Positions 36,431 to 48,860 of a DNA stretch of 64,000 nt are shown in pieces. The notes below the pieces were generated by a model. It was not told the DNA's origin. It did no database searches and saw only the letters and a program-made list of their open reading frames with translations. How positions within the stretch are numbered: the stretch's first letter is position 1; each line of letters opens with the position of its first letter. Both the position numbers and the translations under genes were made by a program. The DNA is taken from assembly GCF_001194135.2 (NCBI RefSeq), contig NC_068990.1, positions 5,353,768 through 5,417,767 on the forward strand, written 5' to 3'. The DNA is from Octopus bimaculoides (lineage: Eukaryota).

Positions 36431-37199
36431 CAAAGCAATTAGATTACTTCTGAAGGTATTTTCTATCTTTGCTTACCATTCAGTAACTCGAAGGAAACAT
36501 TGCTTAAGGAAGCTGCGATAAGAGTTAGACATCTTAAATAGATGGGAATGTATTTAAGATTCTGTTTCTTATCTTGTTATAAATAAACTAAGCTCCAAAG
36601 GGAAATATTTGCATAGGAAACACTTAAAATTTAATAAATTCAACTCTTCCATAAACAAAATATTCAAAAAGAATATTTTTATTTCTTTCTTCTTTACAGG
36701 AATATTTCTCATTGGTTTACAAAAATGCTCCTGAGAAAGTGTTCAAGGCTGAATATTTAATAAATTATAACATTATCAAAGCAAATAATTTTGAAAAAAA
36801 AAAAAAAATTATATTTATTTATTTAAATTATTTGAAAGCTTATTCAGTTATAGTGAGTTGTCTAAAATTGGAGTTTTTATTATTTTTTCCCTTCTGCATC
36901 ATCTAACAATTATGAGTGGAGTGATTAAATTCCCTTGTTTTCAATTTATTTTAATAAAGATATTTAAAAGCTCCTCATTGTAATTTTATTCCACTTTAAA
37001 CTGTCAAAATAGTGAGATGCGGGTTAATATTGATTTCTTTACAGAGGCACAACACTAGAAATGTGTAGGGTAGAGATAGCATTGATTGTATCAATCTCTC
37101 AGTACATTCCTGCAAACTACTTAATTGACTCCGGATCAATGAAATATCAAAATTGATCTGAAAATAAAAAAAGAAAATTAGATAAAATGAAGAGTTTAA

Positions 37200-37790
37200 T
37201 CATCTTTTGCAACTGAATATGATCTGGTACCATGAACTTTCACTAACTGTTTTAGGGATGCCTAGATAGTCAGGAAACTCCACCTTGGTATGTATCTCCT
37301 AACAGAGAATGCATGCTAACTGGTCCATCAAAACCATCAGCTTACATTACTATAACGGCATAGTTCTACTCACATTTTTCTATGCTAATGAGACATGGAA
37401 GAACACAGTAAAAATTCACAGAAAGCTAGATGTCGTCTTGCCAGTTCATTTTCCACCAAAGATACTTGAGAAAGATTCTGAGAATCCACATAACCAATGA
37501 AGACATTCTAAAGAGAGCCAACACAAGACCACTAAGCAAAGTCACTGCAAAACAAAGATTAAAACCAGCAAATCACTTACTCTGGTTACCAGAACAATTC
37601 CAGCCAAAAACAGCTTTCAAATAAACACTAACAGAGGGAAAAAGAATGAGATGTAGACTGGAAATTACATGGTGCAGAACATTCCTAAATATCACATGGA
37701 TAGTTGTAGATAAAACTGCAGCCAGCAGAAACTGGTAGCATCAAATTCCTGTCTAATGTGCTTAAGGACAAAGGGGGAACTCATACTGAT
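37200..37790 (+). mobile_element. Old RTE LINE 3' fragment
   Basis: YNGIVLLTFFYANETWKNT...KLDV, LRKILRIHITNEDILKRANTRPLS, NHLLWLP; frameshifted. Confidence 0.75.
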
Positions 37791-38751
37791 GTAATAGAGA
37801 ACAGATATTGATACTGTCTAAGCCCTTGCACCCTTGCACCAAGTGGAACGTTAAAATTATGACTGCTGAAGGGAGAAAAATATAGCAATAGTCAGCTGGT
37901 ATTTATTTACAGCTGAGTAGATTAGGCAGTAGATTGGACAATGTAAAATGTAGTACCTTGTTTGTCCATTCTTGGGAATGCAACACATTGCTCAGCTAAG
38001 GAAATGAACTCAGAATTATAAAATTGTGGGTCTGATACAAGCATTAAGCTTGTGAGCCCAGTATCCTAAACACTAGGCTATACAACTTCACAAACAGAAA
38101 TATAAAGGGGACAAATTACCAAATAGTGGAACGGCATTTGTTTTTATAATCTTTTAGTTAAGAGGAAAGTGCAATGCTCATGTCCTTTCTCAGGATCTCT
38201 AAGACTGGTGAAGGGAGGGAAGATGATATCCTTAAACTGGAGACCTGGTCTGAATGCTTGAAACAGAGAGGGCTCCACTAAAAGCCCCAACACTCTAAGG
38301 ATTCTGTCAGTCATCTACCATTAGACTCAAACTTTATTACTGTCCCTGGATGGATGAAATTCAATGCTAACCCCAGTAAGAGTTGAACTTAGAATGCAAA
38401 ATGCTGGAAGAAATATTGCAAGGCATTTTGTCTGATGTTCCAAAGACTCTGTCAAGTTACCAGATTAACTTTAAATATGTGGAGGACAAATTACCAAACA
38501 CTGGGAATACTCTTAGTCATGATGTTTAGATCTTCATCCATTTCCCATCATAATCTAAAATTGATATTTATGAGCCAATGAAGGAGCCACTATGTCAGTG
38601 TTTAACCTCATAGAAATAGAAGCTAAATTTCCCTCAAATTGAACCATATCATTTTAATGAAACAATAGAAGAAAAATAGGAAATGTACTCTTAGACTAAC
38701 TCCTAAAAAGATGGAGTAGGCCTTATTTTGGTGATAGATCTTCTCAGTTAA

Positions 38752-38930
38752 CCCTCTAGCATCTAAACCGGCCATATTCAGCCAAAATATTCTACCTGTT
38801 TTATGTTCAAACTAACTAGATCCAGCCTTTTCAACCTAGTTTACGATATTACAAGACAACGCATAATTAATTCAAAACAATGTGAATAAATAAGCATCGC
38901 GTTTGACAGAGTAATCCGGACACTAAAGAG
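38752..38930. mobile_element. piggyBac-type MITE, second copy
   Basis: TTAA/ccctctagcatctaaaccggccatattcagcc ... cactaaagag/TTAT; internally shorter than the 32548 copy. Confidence 0.7.
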
Positions 38931-39520
38931 TTATAGGTGATCAATGGCTAAACCACAATAACCACAACAAGAACAATATATATTGCAGTCTTAGTTTTTG
39001 TCTGTACTCATTTCCCTTTGATTTAAAATCTTATGTAATATGTTATTTTATGAAATCCAGTGAAAAAGTAGAATTCTAAACATCGGCAAGAAAATAAACT
39101 GAGTGAACAAAAATCACACAACAGGTAAAGAAACCAGCATTTAATCTTTGTATATTAGAAGCTTAAATATTTAGTTAGAAAATATTAAAATTCATGAGAA
39201 ATATATATTTTAAAGCATTTGAGGTAAAATTGTATAAGAAAATTACAATATTATGAATATTATAAATATTATCTATGTTTTGTTATTTAATGTGATAATA
39301 ATTTAAATATTTCATAATGATAGGGAATACATGGAAACAAAAGAAAGTGAATCTTAATTTTGCCACTTTAAAAAAGAAAGAAATTGATCTCTTGATGCTA
39401 GAGTTTTATTGATTTTTAGGATGATCTTTCTCCTTTGCTTTAAGCAAAAACAAAACAACACAAATATCATTGCAATAAATTGATGTATACGAAACAAACA
39501 AACATCTATATACACAAATA

Positions 39521-39554
<34 letters not shown>

Positions 39555-39898
39555 TATAACATTTATGTGTATGCATACTGCGAGTGCGTATTCATATCTA
39601 TGTGTGTGTGTGTGTGTGTGTGCATGCGTGTGCACGTGCGGAGTAGATATGTTTGTGTGTTTAAGAAGTTCATTTTGCAACCGCATGCTTTTGGGTTCAG
39701 TCTCACTATGCAGTATCTTGGATGAGTATCTTCTAACATAGAAGCAATGCTTTGCGAAGGAATTTGGTAAATTTAAATTGAAAGCCCATCATACAAACAT
39801 ATATATATATTTATATATATGTATATATGTATGCATGTATGTATGTATACATATATCTATATCTATCTATCTATCTATCTATGTCTCTCTATGTATGC

Positions 39899-39951
<53 letters not shown>

Positions 39952-39957
39952 TATACA

Positions 39958-40100
39958 CTCTTCTGCGTGGTTGGTGTTAGGAAGGGCATCCAGCTGTAAA
40001 AACAGTGCAAAAGTCTGGTGCAGTGTTCTGCCCGGTCAGCTCCTGTCAACCCATCCAACCCATCCAAGCATGGAAGGCAGACATTAAACAATGATGATGA
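39958..40100 (+). mobile_element. SINE family C, 3' part
   Basis: ggttggtgttaggaagggcatccagctgtaaaa...ccatccaacccatccaagcatggaaggcagacattaaacaatgatgat. Confidence 0.8.
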
Positions 40101-40189
40101 TAACATATAGGTATTTATGTCTGTATGTATATACACATGCACCCATATATATGTATGTGTGTGTGTGTGCATGTGTATTATGTGCATGC

Positions 40190-40244
<55 letters not shown>

Positions 40245-41494
40245 TTCAAATATATATGTATATGTATATATGCTTATATGTATACATACACACACATATA
40301 GTCATATGTATATGCGTGTATATACCTGTTTCAGACATCTTTTGTTCAGTATATTTAATTATGTAATATCTGACATGTTCAAATTCCATTCTCTGACATT
40401 TACATAAATAGAAAAGAAAAGGATTAATTTGCAATGGCAGTGGACTAGCAGAAACAGTAAAGTCTTCTTTTCATAAGTTATTAATCTGTTTGAGGATAGA
40501 GTGAATTATTTGAATTTCATGATCAAAGATATATCCAACAGGAGGTAACCATTGTTATTTACTCATAGATAAGGCTGTTTCATCCAATTCCTGTTGTTGC
40601 TTCATTCTCTGAAGGTGCCAAACACAGCAGAACAAGTAAATATAACAATTATTGATTTTAAAGTACTTCATTGGCTGCAGTATTAAACCATTTCATTTAT
40701 TTACCCGGGTTGTTTGAGAAGGTTTATGGATGCATTAATTGAGAACCAGACAACAAGGCAATTATTTGGTAATTTTTATCCTATCACCAACATGATATTG
40801 TAGTCACTAGCAAGATATTTACTTTTTAGTTGCTGTGTCAACTTAAATTTGAGTAGATACATTAATTTGGTATAATTCAGGAATACTACCTGTGTTTCTA
40901 TAGCTTAGTAGTGAATCATTTCATCTATTTATCTCTAGGGCTTACATACAGCTAAGTAGACTGGACTTTTGGGGCAGGATTATGGTTGAATCAAGAGGGA
41001 AGCAGTTAACCAACCAAGTATTTCATGATTTTTATTTTACCACCACTACCACCACTACCACCACTACCAACAACAACAACACTGTACTGTGCAGGTGGCA
41101 AATTATTTAACACAGAGTGGTATAATATATTAAGGCAGTGGTTGTAGTGTGGGATTCGTGTGCACCATGTTTTTTGGCATACATGTCAACACAGTGTAAA
41201 CATGTAGTGTAAACAATCAAACATTGTCACTATCTTTCTGTCTTGGTATATAAGTTAACCTGTGTTGTTTGGCCTGAAAATTTTGGTCTGAAAATTTCAA
41301 ATTGTATGCCAGAAAATACAATAATTTGCTGGCTTGAGTTCAGTTACTAATATAAGGAATACATCAGAGATCTACCCAAGGGCAGATTGATCTCTCAATT
41401 TCTTGATGTATTGGATTTCAGAAATAAAGACCTGTAGGATTTTGAAAATTACTTCACAAGACAGTTGAGAGTTAATAATTTTGATTATTGAGTA

Positions 41495-41830
41495 AGGCCA
41501 CCCTTTGGTCATGAATGACCATGGGATTGCACCTAGAATATTCCCCTCCAAGGCACAAGTCCGAACAAAAGTTGTTTATGGAAGACCAGCAGTCACCCTA
41601 ACATAGCAGCCTCTCCTCTCCGTGCCACCAATGTTATCCAAAGTTAAGGCAAAGGCCAATACGGCTTGGCACCAGTGATGTCACAACTCATTTCTACAGT
41701 TTAGTGAACTGGAGCAGCATGAAATAAAGTGTGTTGCTCAAGAACACAACACAACAGCCTGGTCTGGGAATCGAACTCACTACCTCATGATTGTGAGCCA
41801 AACACTCTAACCACTGAGCCATGTACCTTC
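41495..41830 (-). mobile_element. tRNA-headed CORE-type SINE
   Basis: Reverse complement has a tRNA-like head (ggctcagtggttagagtg...gagttcgattcccagacc) and ttgagcaacacac; its 3' segment ggtcatgaatgaccatgggattgcacctag recurs inverted at about 53000-53055. Confidence 0.7.
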
Positions 41831-42172
41831 CATCGGTTATCAACACTATCAAGATACAAATCTCTAAGCTGTCAAATCATTATTGGATAATTATTGATAA
41901 ATTATCTATTGAATTCAGACCTAAATACTAAATACTTAAGAATACTTTAAGTCTAAATTCTTAAGAAAATTTGCTTTTTGTCCCTCTTTATTTTTATTTA
42001 ATCTCTTTGTTGACCAAGTCACTACTTTCCATTTAGTATATCTGAAGTTCAATGAAATAGGTGTCTATAAGTTACTTCATCCTGTTGTCATTGTTGATAT
42101 TATGTTGATATTTTACATCTTTATTTCATTTTAATATGTTAGAAATACTGCAGCTGTTTGCCTGCAACACAA

Positions 42173-42301
42173 TCTCATTGCAGCCTCCTTTGTTTGATGG
42201 CTGCAATTTTATTTTGTTTGGAAACATTAAAATCTCAGCTATTCATGTTTTCAAAGCAAAAATAAAATTCCACCCATCAAGCAAAGGAGGCTGCAATGGG
42301 A
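42173..42301. repeat. Imperfect inverted repeat, about 55-bp arms with a 17-nt loop
   Basis: cattgcagcctcctttgtttgatggctgcaattttattttgtttggaaacat vs reverse complement cattgcagcctcctttgcttgatgggtggaattttatttttgctttgaaaacat. Confidence 0.9.
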
Positions 42302-43304
42302 ATGCATAGTGTTCAAGTGGTTTCAATAATTATAACATGTGAAAACTGAAATGAGCCATGAATTCCACAATAGTGCTATGCCATGATTATAATCAAAGCA
42401 CTTAACACCCAAATGCTGAATCTGTATAACTATGAATTGACAAAACCATGCGGTATAGTTCACCCATGAACAGATTCAGTGTAATTGACAATCTAAGCAC
42501 AGCCCAAGGAATCTTGAATTTTCTTTCTCTAACAAGTAAAGCATTAAAACATTCATTATGTGATGAATTTTAAAGAAACAATTAAAAATTCAGTTTTTAC
42601 TCCAGGCTGTCTTTAAAGAAATACCCCACAACTATGTTCAGTATAACTAATGTATTTTTAATTTTATTTATCTAACACTAAATAACAGAAAGTAATATAG
42701 GAAGATTATTTACATATAACCAAAGCAACAGGGAAAAATTGCAAATTTTTTGAACACTTATTTGTTGAATACTAGTTGAGCTGCAGAATTCACTTCATTG
42801 TAAACTTAGAACTTGCAAAAGCTCTGTGATGCTTCCTTCTCTTGGCGTTTTAAGCATGTACTCACTCTGCTGAATGGTTAATTTAGGTTTACTAACCACT
42901 ATAAGCTACTGCAATACCATAAAATTTGACTAGTGATTTCTGAGCTTGCATCACCACCACCATCATCATCATCTGCAGCAGCAGCATCACTGCCACCATC
43001 AACACCATTGCTGCCTCAACAGCAATATCGTTACAGCAGTTGCAATAGCATTTGCTTTTCCATGTAGTGTTAAATTGGATAGTTTCCTTGAGGCAGTGAT
43101 TTATGGCAGAATGCTCTTCCTATTGTCATCCCTTTTAGCCCCTTCTTACATCACAGAGGAATGCCTCCTTCTCTAAAGCTTTCATCACAATGCAGTGTGC
43201 AAATTTTCTTTGCTCAGATCACTGATAATCCATTCTTATAAAAAGGAAAAAATTTGCTGTGCTTGAAAAGACATGTCAATCTAAGTGAAATCATAGCCAT
43301 GGCC

Positions 43305-43569
43305 AGGGCTAGTGCTAGTGACACATAAGAGGAACCTGTACCGGTGACGCATAAAAGCCACCCATACCAGAGACACCTAAAAGGCACCTGTGCTGGTGGC
43401 ACATAAAAGGCACTTGTGCTGGTGGCTCATAAAAGGCACCTGGTACACTCTGTGGAGTGGTTGGAATTAGGAAGGGTATCCACCTGTAGAAACCAAGCCA
43501 AAACAGATTGGAGCCTGGTGCAGATCTCCAGCTTACCAATACTAGTTAAACTATCGTACCAGCATGGAA

Positions 43570-43600
<31 letters not shown>
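43305..43600 (+). mobile_element. SINE family C with about 5 internal 24-26 bp units
   Basis: (ggtggcacataaaaggcacttgtgct)n, then aggaagggtatccacctgtagaaaccaagcc and a (GAT)n tail. Confidence 0.8.
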
Positions 43601-43602
<2 letters not shown>

Positions 43603-45761
43603 TTGGTAGTGGTGAGGACGACGATGATGATGATTGGATCTCTGTTGTTTTCTATGATGAGTATTCATTTGTTCAATCAACTGAACTACCTGCATTTGAA
43701 TGACTGAACATTCCATTGATATGTGCATTCCCAAAATAATTGTCTGATAGAATCAACATAACAGTGTGACAAAACTAAGCTTTAAAATTATAGGTACAAT
43801 TCATCAGTAAGGCTCTCATTATCTTTGTTTACCCAGATTCATTCACAAGCCTTGGGTAGAACTGAAGCTGTGACAACAAACACCTGTAGAAATTGCCCTG
43901 CAGTAGAAATGAACCCAGAACTTTGTGATTGTTGTTCAAACTTCTTAAACATTCAGCTATGCAGTGTCCATATATTTATATGTGTAAATGTTTTGAAATG
44001 TAAAGATGTTACTGTTTAACAAAATATGTGTTGAATACTTGATTCCAGCATTTAAAGTTAGAAATATTGATTTTTACAAACACACACTTGTATGGGAAGA
44101 ATATAATCAAATAATATGTAGGTGGTAGTTGGTTTAGTAACTTACATGTAATAAAAGACAAAATCGACTCTGGCAGATTTTGAGTTGAAAAATTCAGAGA
44201 TCAAATGCTGTAAAAAAAAAAGAAGAAGAAAAAAAGACTTACACCAGTATTCTGTCATTTCAAATACTCCACTACATTCCTTAAACTCCCTAAACTATAA
44301 GACAGATTTGGCATAGCTTTTAAAATGTGTATCAATATAAGAAAGAACAAATAGTTTCAAAATAGATTCATTGAATTACTTCCCTAGTTTGCTCAGGATC
44401 ATGTAAACATAAATTGAAAAACTCTTTTGAAATATATTTTTTTAAATATACATCACTTCTCAATGTATAGTTAGATTTGGCCTGTTATTATAATTAACCT
44501 ATAAACCATTTATTTCTTTAAAGCAACTGAATTTAATTTTTTTTCTTTTGTCAAGCAGTTTAATGTTTAGCATAAAATGTTTGCTAACACATGCATAAAC
44601 ATCACTTCAAAGGAACACATTTGTGTTTTTTTATTCTTTACACCACAAATAATTTCAAATTTTAAATTTGCCAAAAGGTTCATTTGATTGGCAGCTCATT
44701 TTAGCATTATGTGGCTGACAGATAAAATTACCATGAATTAATCTCTGTGAAGTGGAATTCCCTATGTTTTGGTACCTATTTACAATAGGTGGGTGATAGG
44801 TGATGTGAAATATGTTGGGTAAAATGTCCTGCTTTGCATGGGAACAATATATTTTGCAATAGATGTGCAATACTTGCTGTACTGCGCTCCTGTCAAATCC
44901 AAGACTTGCTGGAAAAACAGACATCAAATGATGATAAGGATTGATGACAATGAACATAGTGATGGTGTTGTTGTACCATAACACATGCTCACACACAGCA
45001 GACACTCACACACACACACACACACACACATGTAAGAAAAGGGATGACAAGTAACTTTAGATTTTTCCTAAAGGCCTGACTATCAATCTATGTAGAATAT
45101 TAGAAATAAGGCCTGCAAATATGCTTCAGAGAATGTATAAACTGAAACACATTGCAAGAAGAAACATGCAGTATTAGAATATGAAAAAAAGGTAGAAAAG
45201 AACAAATGGGAAGTTCATGCTTTTTGATCATCAATAAAAAAATATATATGCATATACATACACAAACATATACATACATATACATATATATACACACCTG
45301 TGTATAGTTATACACACTTACACATACAAACACACATATTTTAATTCAATTTTGAATTTGCAGTAATCCCTCAGGTGTTATATTCCAAAACTTCCCACAG
45401 AAATAATTAAAATCTAAAAAAATATAAGTACCTATCGGCTGCAAAAACCTGAATATACAGAGGAGTTCACGATATAAATTTACATATATTAGCCAGAAAT
45501 ATCCACGATGTACTGAGTGCATGGTAAGTGAACAGCAGTGTACCAAGTGCATAATAGGTGAACCGCAACGCAGCAAGGGATTACTGTACTTTGCAAAAAA
45601 TTCAAATTGAAACTAATATTATGTTTTAGAAAACTCATAGCAGTATAAAATAAATTAATTAGATAAATTAGTTTACTACACAATGCTTTTTTGATAATTC
45701 AAAATGTAAAGGATACTTTTTGTTAATCATACAAATTAACCTCACTAGGTTAAGTAAATGT

Positions 45762-46063
45762 GGAGGCGCAATGGCCCAGTGGTTAGGACAGCTGACTCGC
45801 AGTTGGAGGATCGCGGTTTCGATTCTCAGACCGGGTGTTGTGTGTGTTTATTGAGCGAAGACACCTAAAGCTCCACGAGGCTCTGGCAGGGAGTGGTGGC
45901 GACCCTTGTTGTACTCTTTCTCTCACTCTTTCATCCTGTTTCTTGAATAATGCTGCGATGGACTGGCATCCCGTCCAGCTGGGGGGAACGCATATGCCAT
46001 AGAAACTGGGAAACCAGGCCCATGAGCCTGGCTAGGTCTTAAAAAGGGCACATAAATAAATAA
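45762..46063 (+). mobile_element. Full-length tRNA-derived SINE with 15-bp target-site duplication
   Basis: Head ggaggcgcaatggcccagtggttagg...cggtttcgattctc, CORE-like ttgagcgaagacacctaa, V-domain-like gctgcgatggactggcatcccgtccag, (TAAA)n tail; TSD aggttaagtaaatgt (45747-45761) / aggttaagtgaacat (46064-46078). Confidence 0.9.
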
Positions 46064-46737
46064 AGGTTAAGTGAACATGAAGGTTACACTATACATTTTA
46101 TCTCTGTGGGCAAAAGAAATGTGGAGTAAGATGACTAGTTTTTAGTTTTCTTAGATATTCATCAGTGAAAGAATCAATGTTCTGTTCAGGGATTGATTAG
46201 TAACTTATCACTTTATATCAGGTATGTAAATTAAAAGTCAGAGAAACTTCATGTTGTACACTATGAGTGAATAAGGGTTTCTATAACATTGATTTCAAAT
46301 TTTGGCACAAGGCCAGCAAGTTTAGGGGAGTGGGTAAGTTGATTACATCAACCCCAGGACTCAAATGGTACTAATTTTATTGACCTCAAAAGGATGGAAG
46401 GCTTAGTCGACCCCAGCAGAATTTGAAGTCAGAACATAAAAATGGCCAAAATGCCACTCTACTGGTATCTATAAATATATTAGATTTTAATGGTACAGAT
46501 GAGTAATTTCAGTTTAGATAAGTTTTTGCAATATTAGATTTAACATTGAATGATAGCAGGTATGTCAACCATATAACATTGTGGTGTGTTTCCTTAGTTT
46601 TGTGGTAATGTTTATGGGATTAGATAATGTAATATTGAAAGTTAGTAATGTGTTAGAATAGTAGGGGTCTGCATTATCAATGATTTTCTTATTGGACAAC
46701 AGATGGGAAGTCCTTCTATCAGTATTATTAATGAAGT

Positions 46738-46945
46738 TGTGGTGAGCTGGCAGAAATGTTAGCATATGCTGGGCAAAATGCTTAGCAGTATTTCGTCTGT
46801 CTTTATGTTCTGAGTTCAAATTCCACTGAGGTCGACTTTGCTTTTTATCAGGGTCAATAAATTAAGTACCAGTTGTGTACTGGGGTTGATCTAATCAACT
46901 GGCCCCCTCCTCAAAAATTTCAGGCTTTGTGCCTAGAGCAGAAAA
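46738..46945 (+). mobile_element. SINE family A, near full length
   Basis: ggtgagctggcagaaatgttagc...gttctgagttcaaattccactgaggtcgactttgc...ctttgtgcctagagcagaaaagaatatt. Confidence 0.88.
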
Positions 46946-47017
46946 GAATATTATTGATGAAGTTCCTAAAAACTAGTTGATCGAAATGAAACAACATTAA
47001 TGTAAATGAGCAGCAAA

Positions 47018-47345
47018 GGCAGTGAGCCGGCAGAATCGTTAGCACACAGAGCAAAATGCTTAGTGGCATTTCGTCTGTCTTTACATTCTGAGTTCAAATT
47101 TCACTGAGGTTGACTTTGCATGTCGTCCTTTTGAGATCAATAAAATAAGTGCCAGGTGAAATTTCAGGGGAGGGACCAGTTGATTAAATGTACCCCAGTA
47201 CACAACTGGTACTTAATTTATCGACCCCAAAAGAAGAAAGGCAAAGTCAACCTCGGTGGAATTTAAACTCAGAAAGTAAAGACAGACAAAATACCACCAA
47301 GAATTTTGCCCAGTGTGCTAATGTTTCTGCCATCTCTCCACCTTT
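47018..47345. mobile_element. Tail-to-tail inverted pair of SINE family A copies
   Basis: Plus copy at about 47018-47158 abuts a minus copy at about 47158-47345. Confidence 0.85.
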
Positions 47346-48421
47346 GATAGCCAATATATTAAAACACCAGAATGTACCACAGATCATTCTGTTCCATGTT
47401 CTGTCACTTGGCTGGTACTTTACTCTTGGGAGTTGAAATTTTGATATTGTTAAGTTTATTTTTTTTCCTTATTGCCAAAGTTGATAAAATAATTACATTA
47501 TCAAGACAATGATCTCACCTCCAGATGTTTGTTCTCCAGGTTAATTACCTGCATAGGACTACAACTTCTAGATAATTCCCACTCACCTGACAATTGCTTC
47601 CTAGACCATTTCTCCCAATTAAGAGAAAGTACAACTATGAGAGTGCAAACAAATAATTAATAAAACTAATTAAGGTTTTTATATTCATGTATGTACAAAT
47701 ACAATAATTAATAATTACATAATTAAAAATTATATGTATTTTTAGAGATATAATTACATTAATATAAGAACATATATTTTTATTAAGGGATGATTTTTCT
47801 TATTGGTTAGCAGATAAAACATGAAAATAAAATTAGGATTAACTTTATTATGCATTCTTATAGTTGTGCTGTTTTAAATTTTCTTTCATTAGGAGAAATT
47901 GTTCTGGAAGAAATTATCTAAGGAAATTGTTCTAGAATCAAAATTTATGTGTTGCAATAAGATATGAAATGGATAAATGAATAAATCCCTTGATTACACT
48001 AATATTAGTTTTGAACTTAAATTCACAGCAAGCCTCTCATTATATTGATGTTATTATTGTTCTGTTTCATATCAGGCTTGTCCATCAGAACTTTGACCCA
48101 AGACTGCATTCGAAGGTGTTCCAGTCTTGATATCCTATTCTTTACCATAACTTTCCACCACCAAAATCACATTGTCCACAATACCCCACTTCCTTTTCTA
48201 TTTGATATGTTATACTCTTAGGAAGATATTTAGGTAATGTCTCTAGCATGTCAAAGGGCATTTTAAAGACTCCTTCATTGACTTGCTGCTTTTTATGCTT
48301 CTTAGTAGAGAGCTTTACATATTGCACCTCTGTACACAGATTGAATACTTCGTGGGACTCATTTGGTGTTAAATAATCTGTGTTTCCTTGATGTTCAAAT
48401 CACTATTACTGTTCATCTCTT

Positions 48422-48860
48422 AAGGCAGCTAGCAGCCAGAATTGTTAGCATGCCAGGCAAAATTCTTAGCAACATTTTGTCCTTCCTTCAGTTCTGAGTT
48501 CAAATTTCACCAAGGTCGACTTTGCCTTTCATCCTTCCAGGGTTGATAAAATAAGTACCAGTTGAGCATTTGGATTGATGTAATCAACTTACCTCCTCCA
48601 CTGAAATAGCTGGCCTTGTGCCACAATTTGAGGTTTCTTAGTGAATGAAATTGAAATGTATACTATCTTTTCAATCAATTGGATTTTTGTGAAAATTATT
48701 TGCAGTATGCAATTGCATTCACTTATGTTCTGAGTCCAAATGCAGCTAGAAGTGACTTTTATTTTTTGTGCTTCTGAGGTCAATAAAATATGTATCATAT
48801 CATCCATTTACTGAGCTGAGGTTAGTCATTAATTCATTTCACCAAAGTTGTGCCTTTGAG
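48422..48860 (+). mobile_element. Two SINE family A copies
   Basis: Full copy at 48422-48632 and an older partial copy at about 48715-48860. Confidence 0.75.

Noticed and set aside
44146-44207. 62-nt minus-strand segment with consensus acceptor and GTAAGT donor overlapping a SINE remnant (possible exonisation)
   Set aside because: Frame-shifting length; the pyrimidine tract is a simple A/GAA run and contains another GTAAGT 35 nt upstream. No supporting evidence.
45762-45835. tRNA gene
   Set aside because: The tRNA-like head continues into a SINE body, tail and TSD; no closed acceptor stem is evident.
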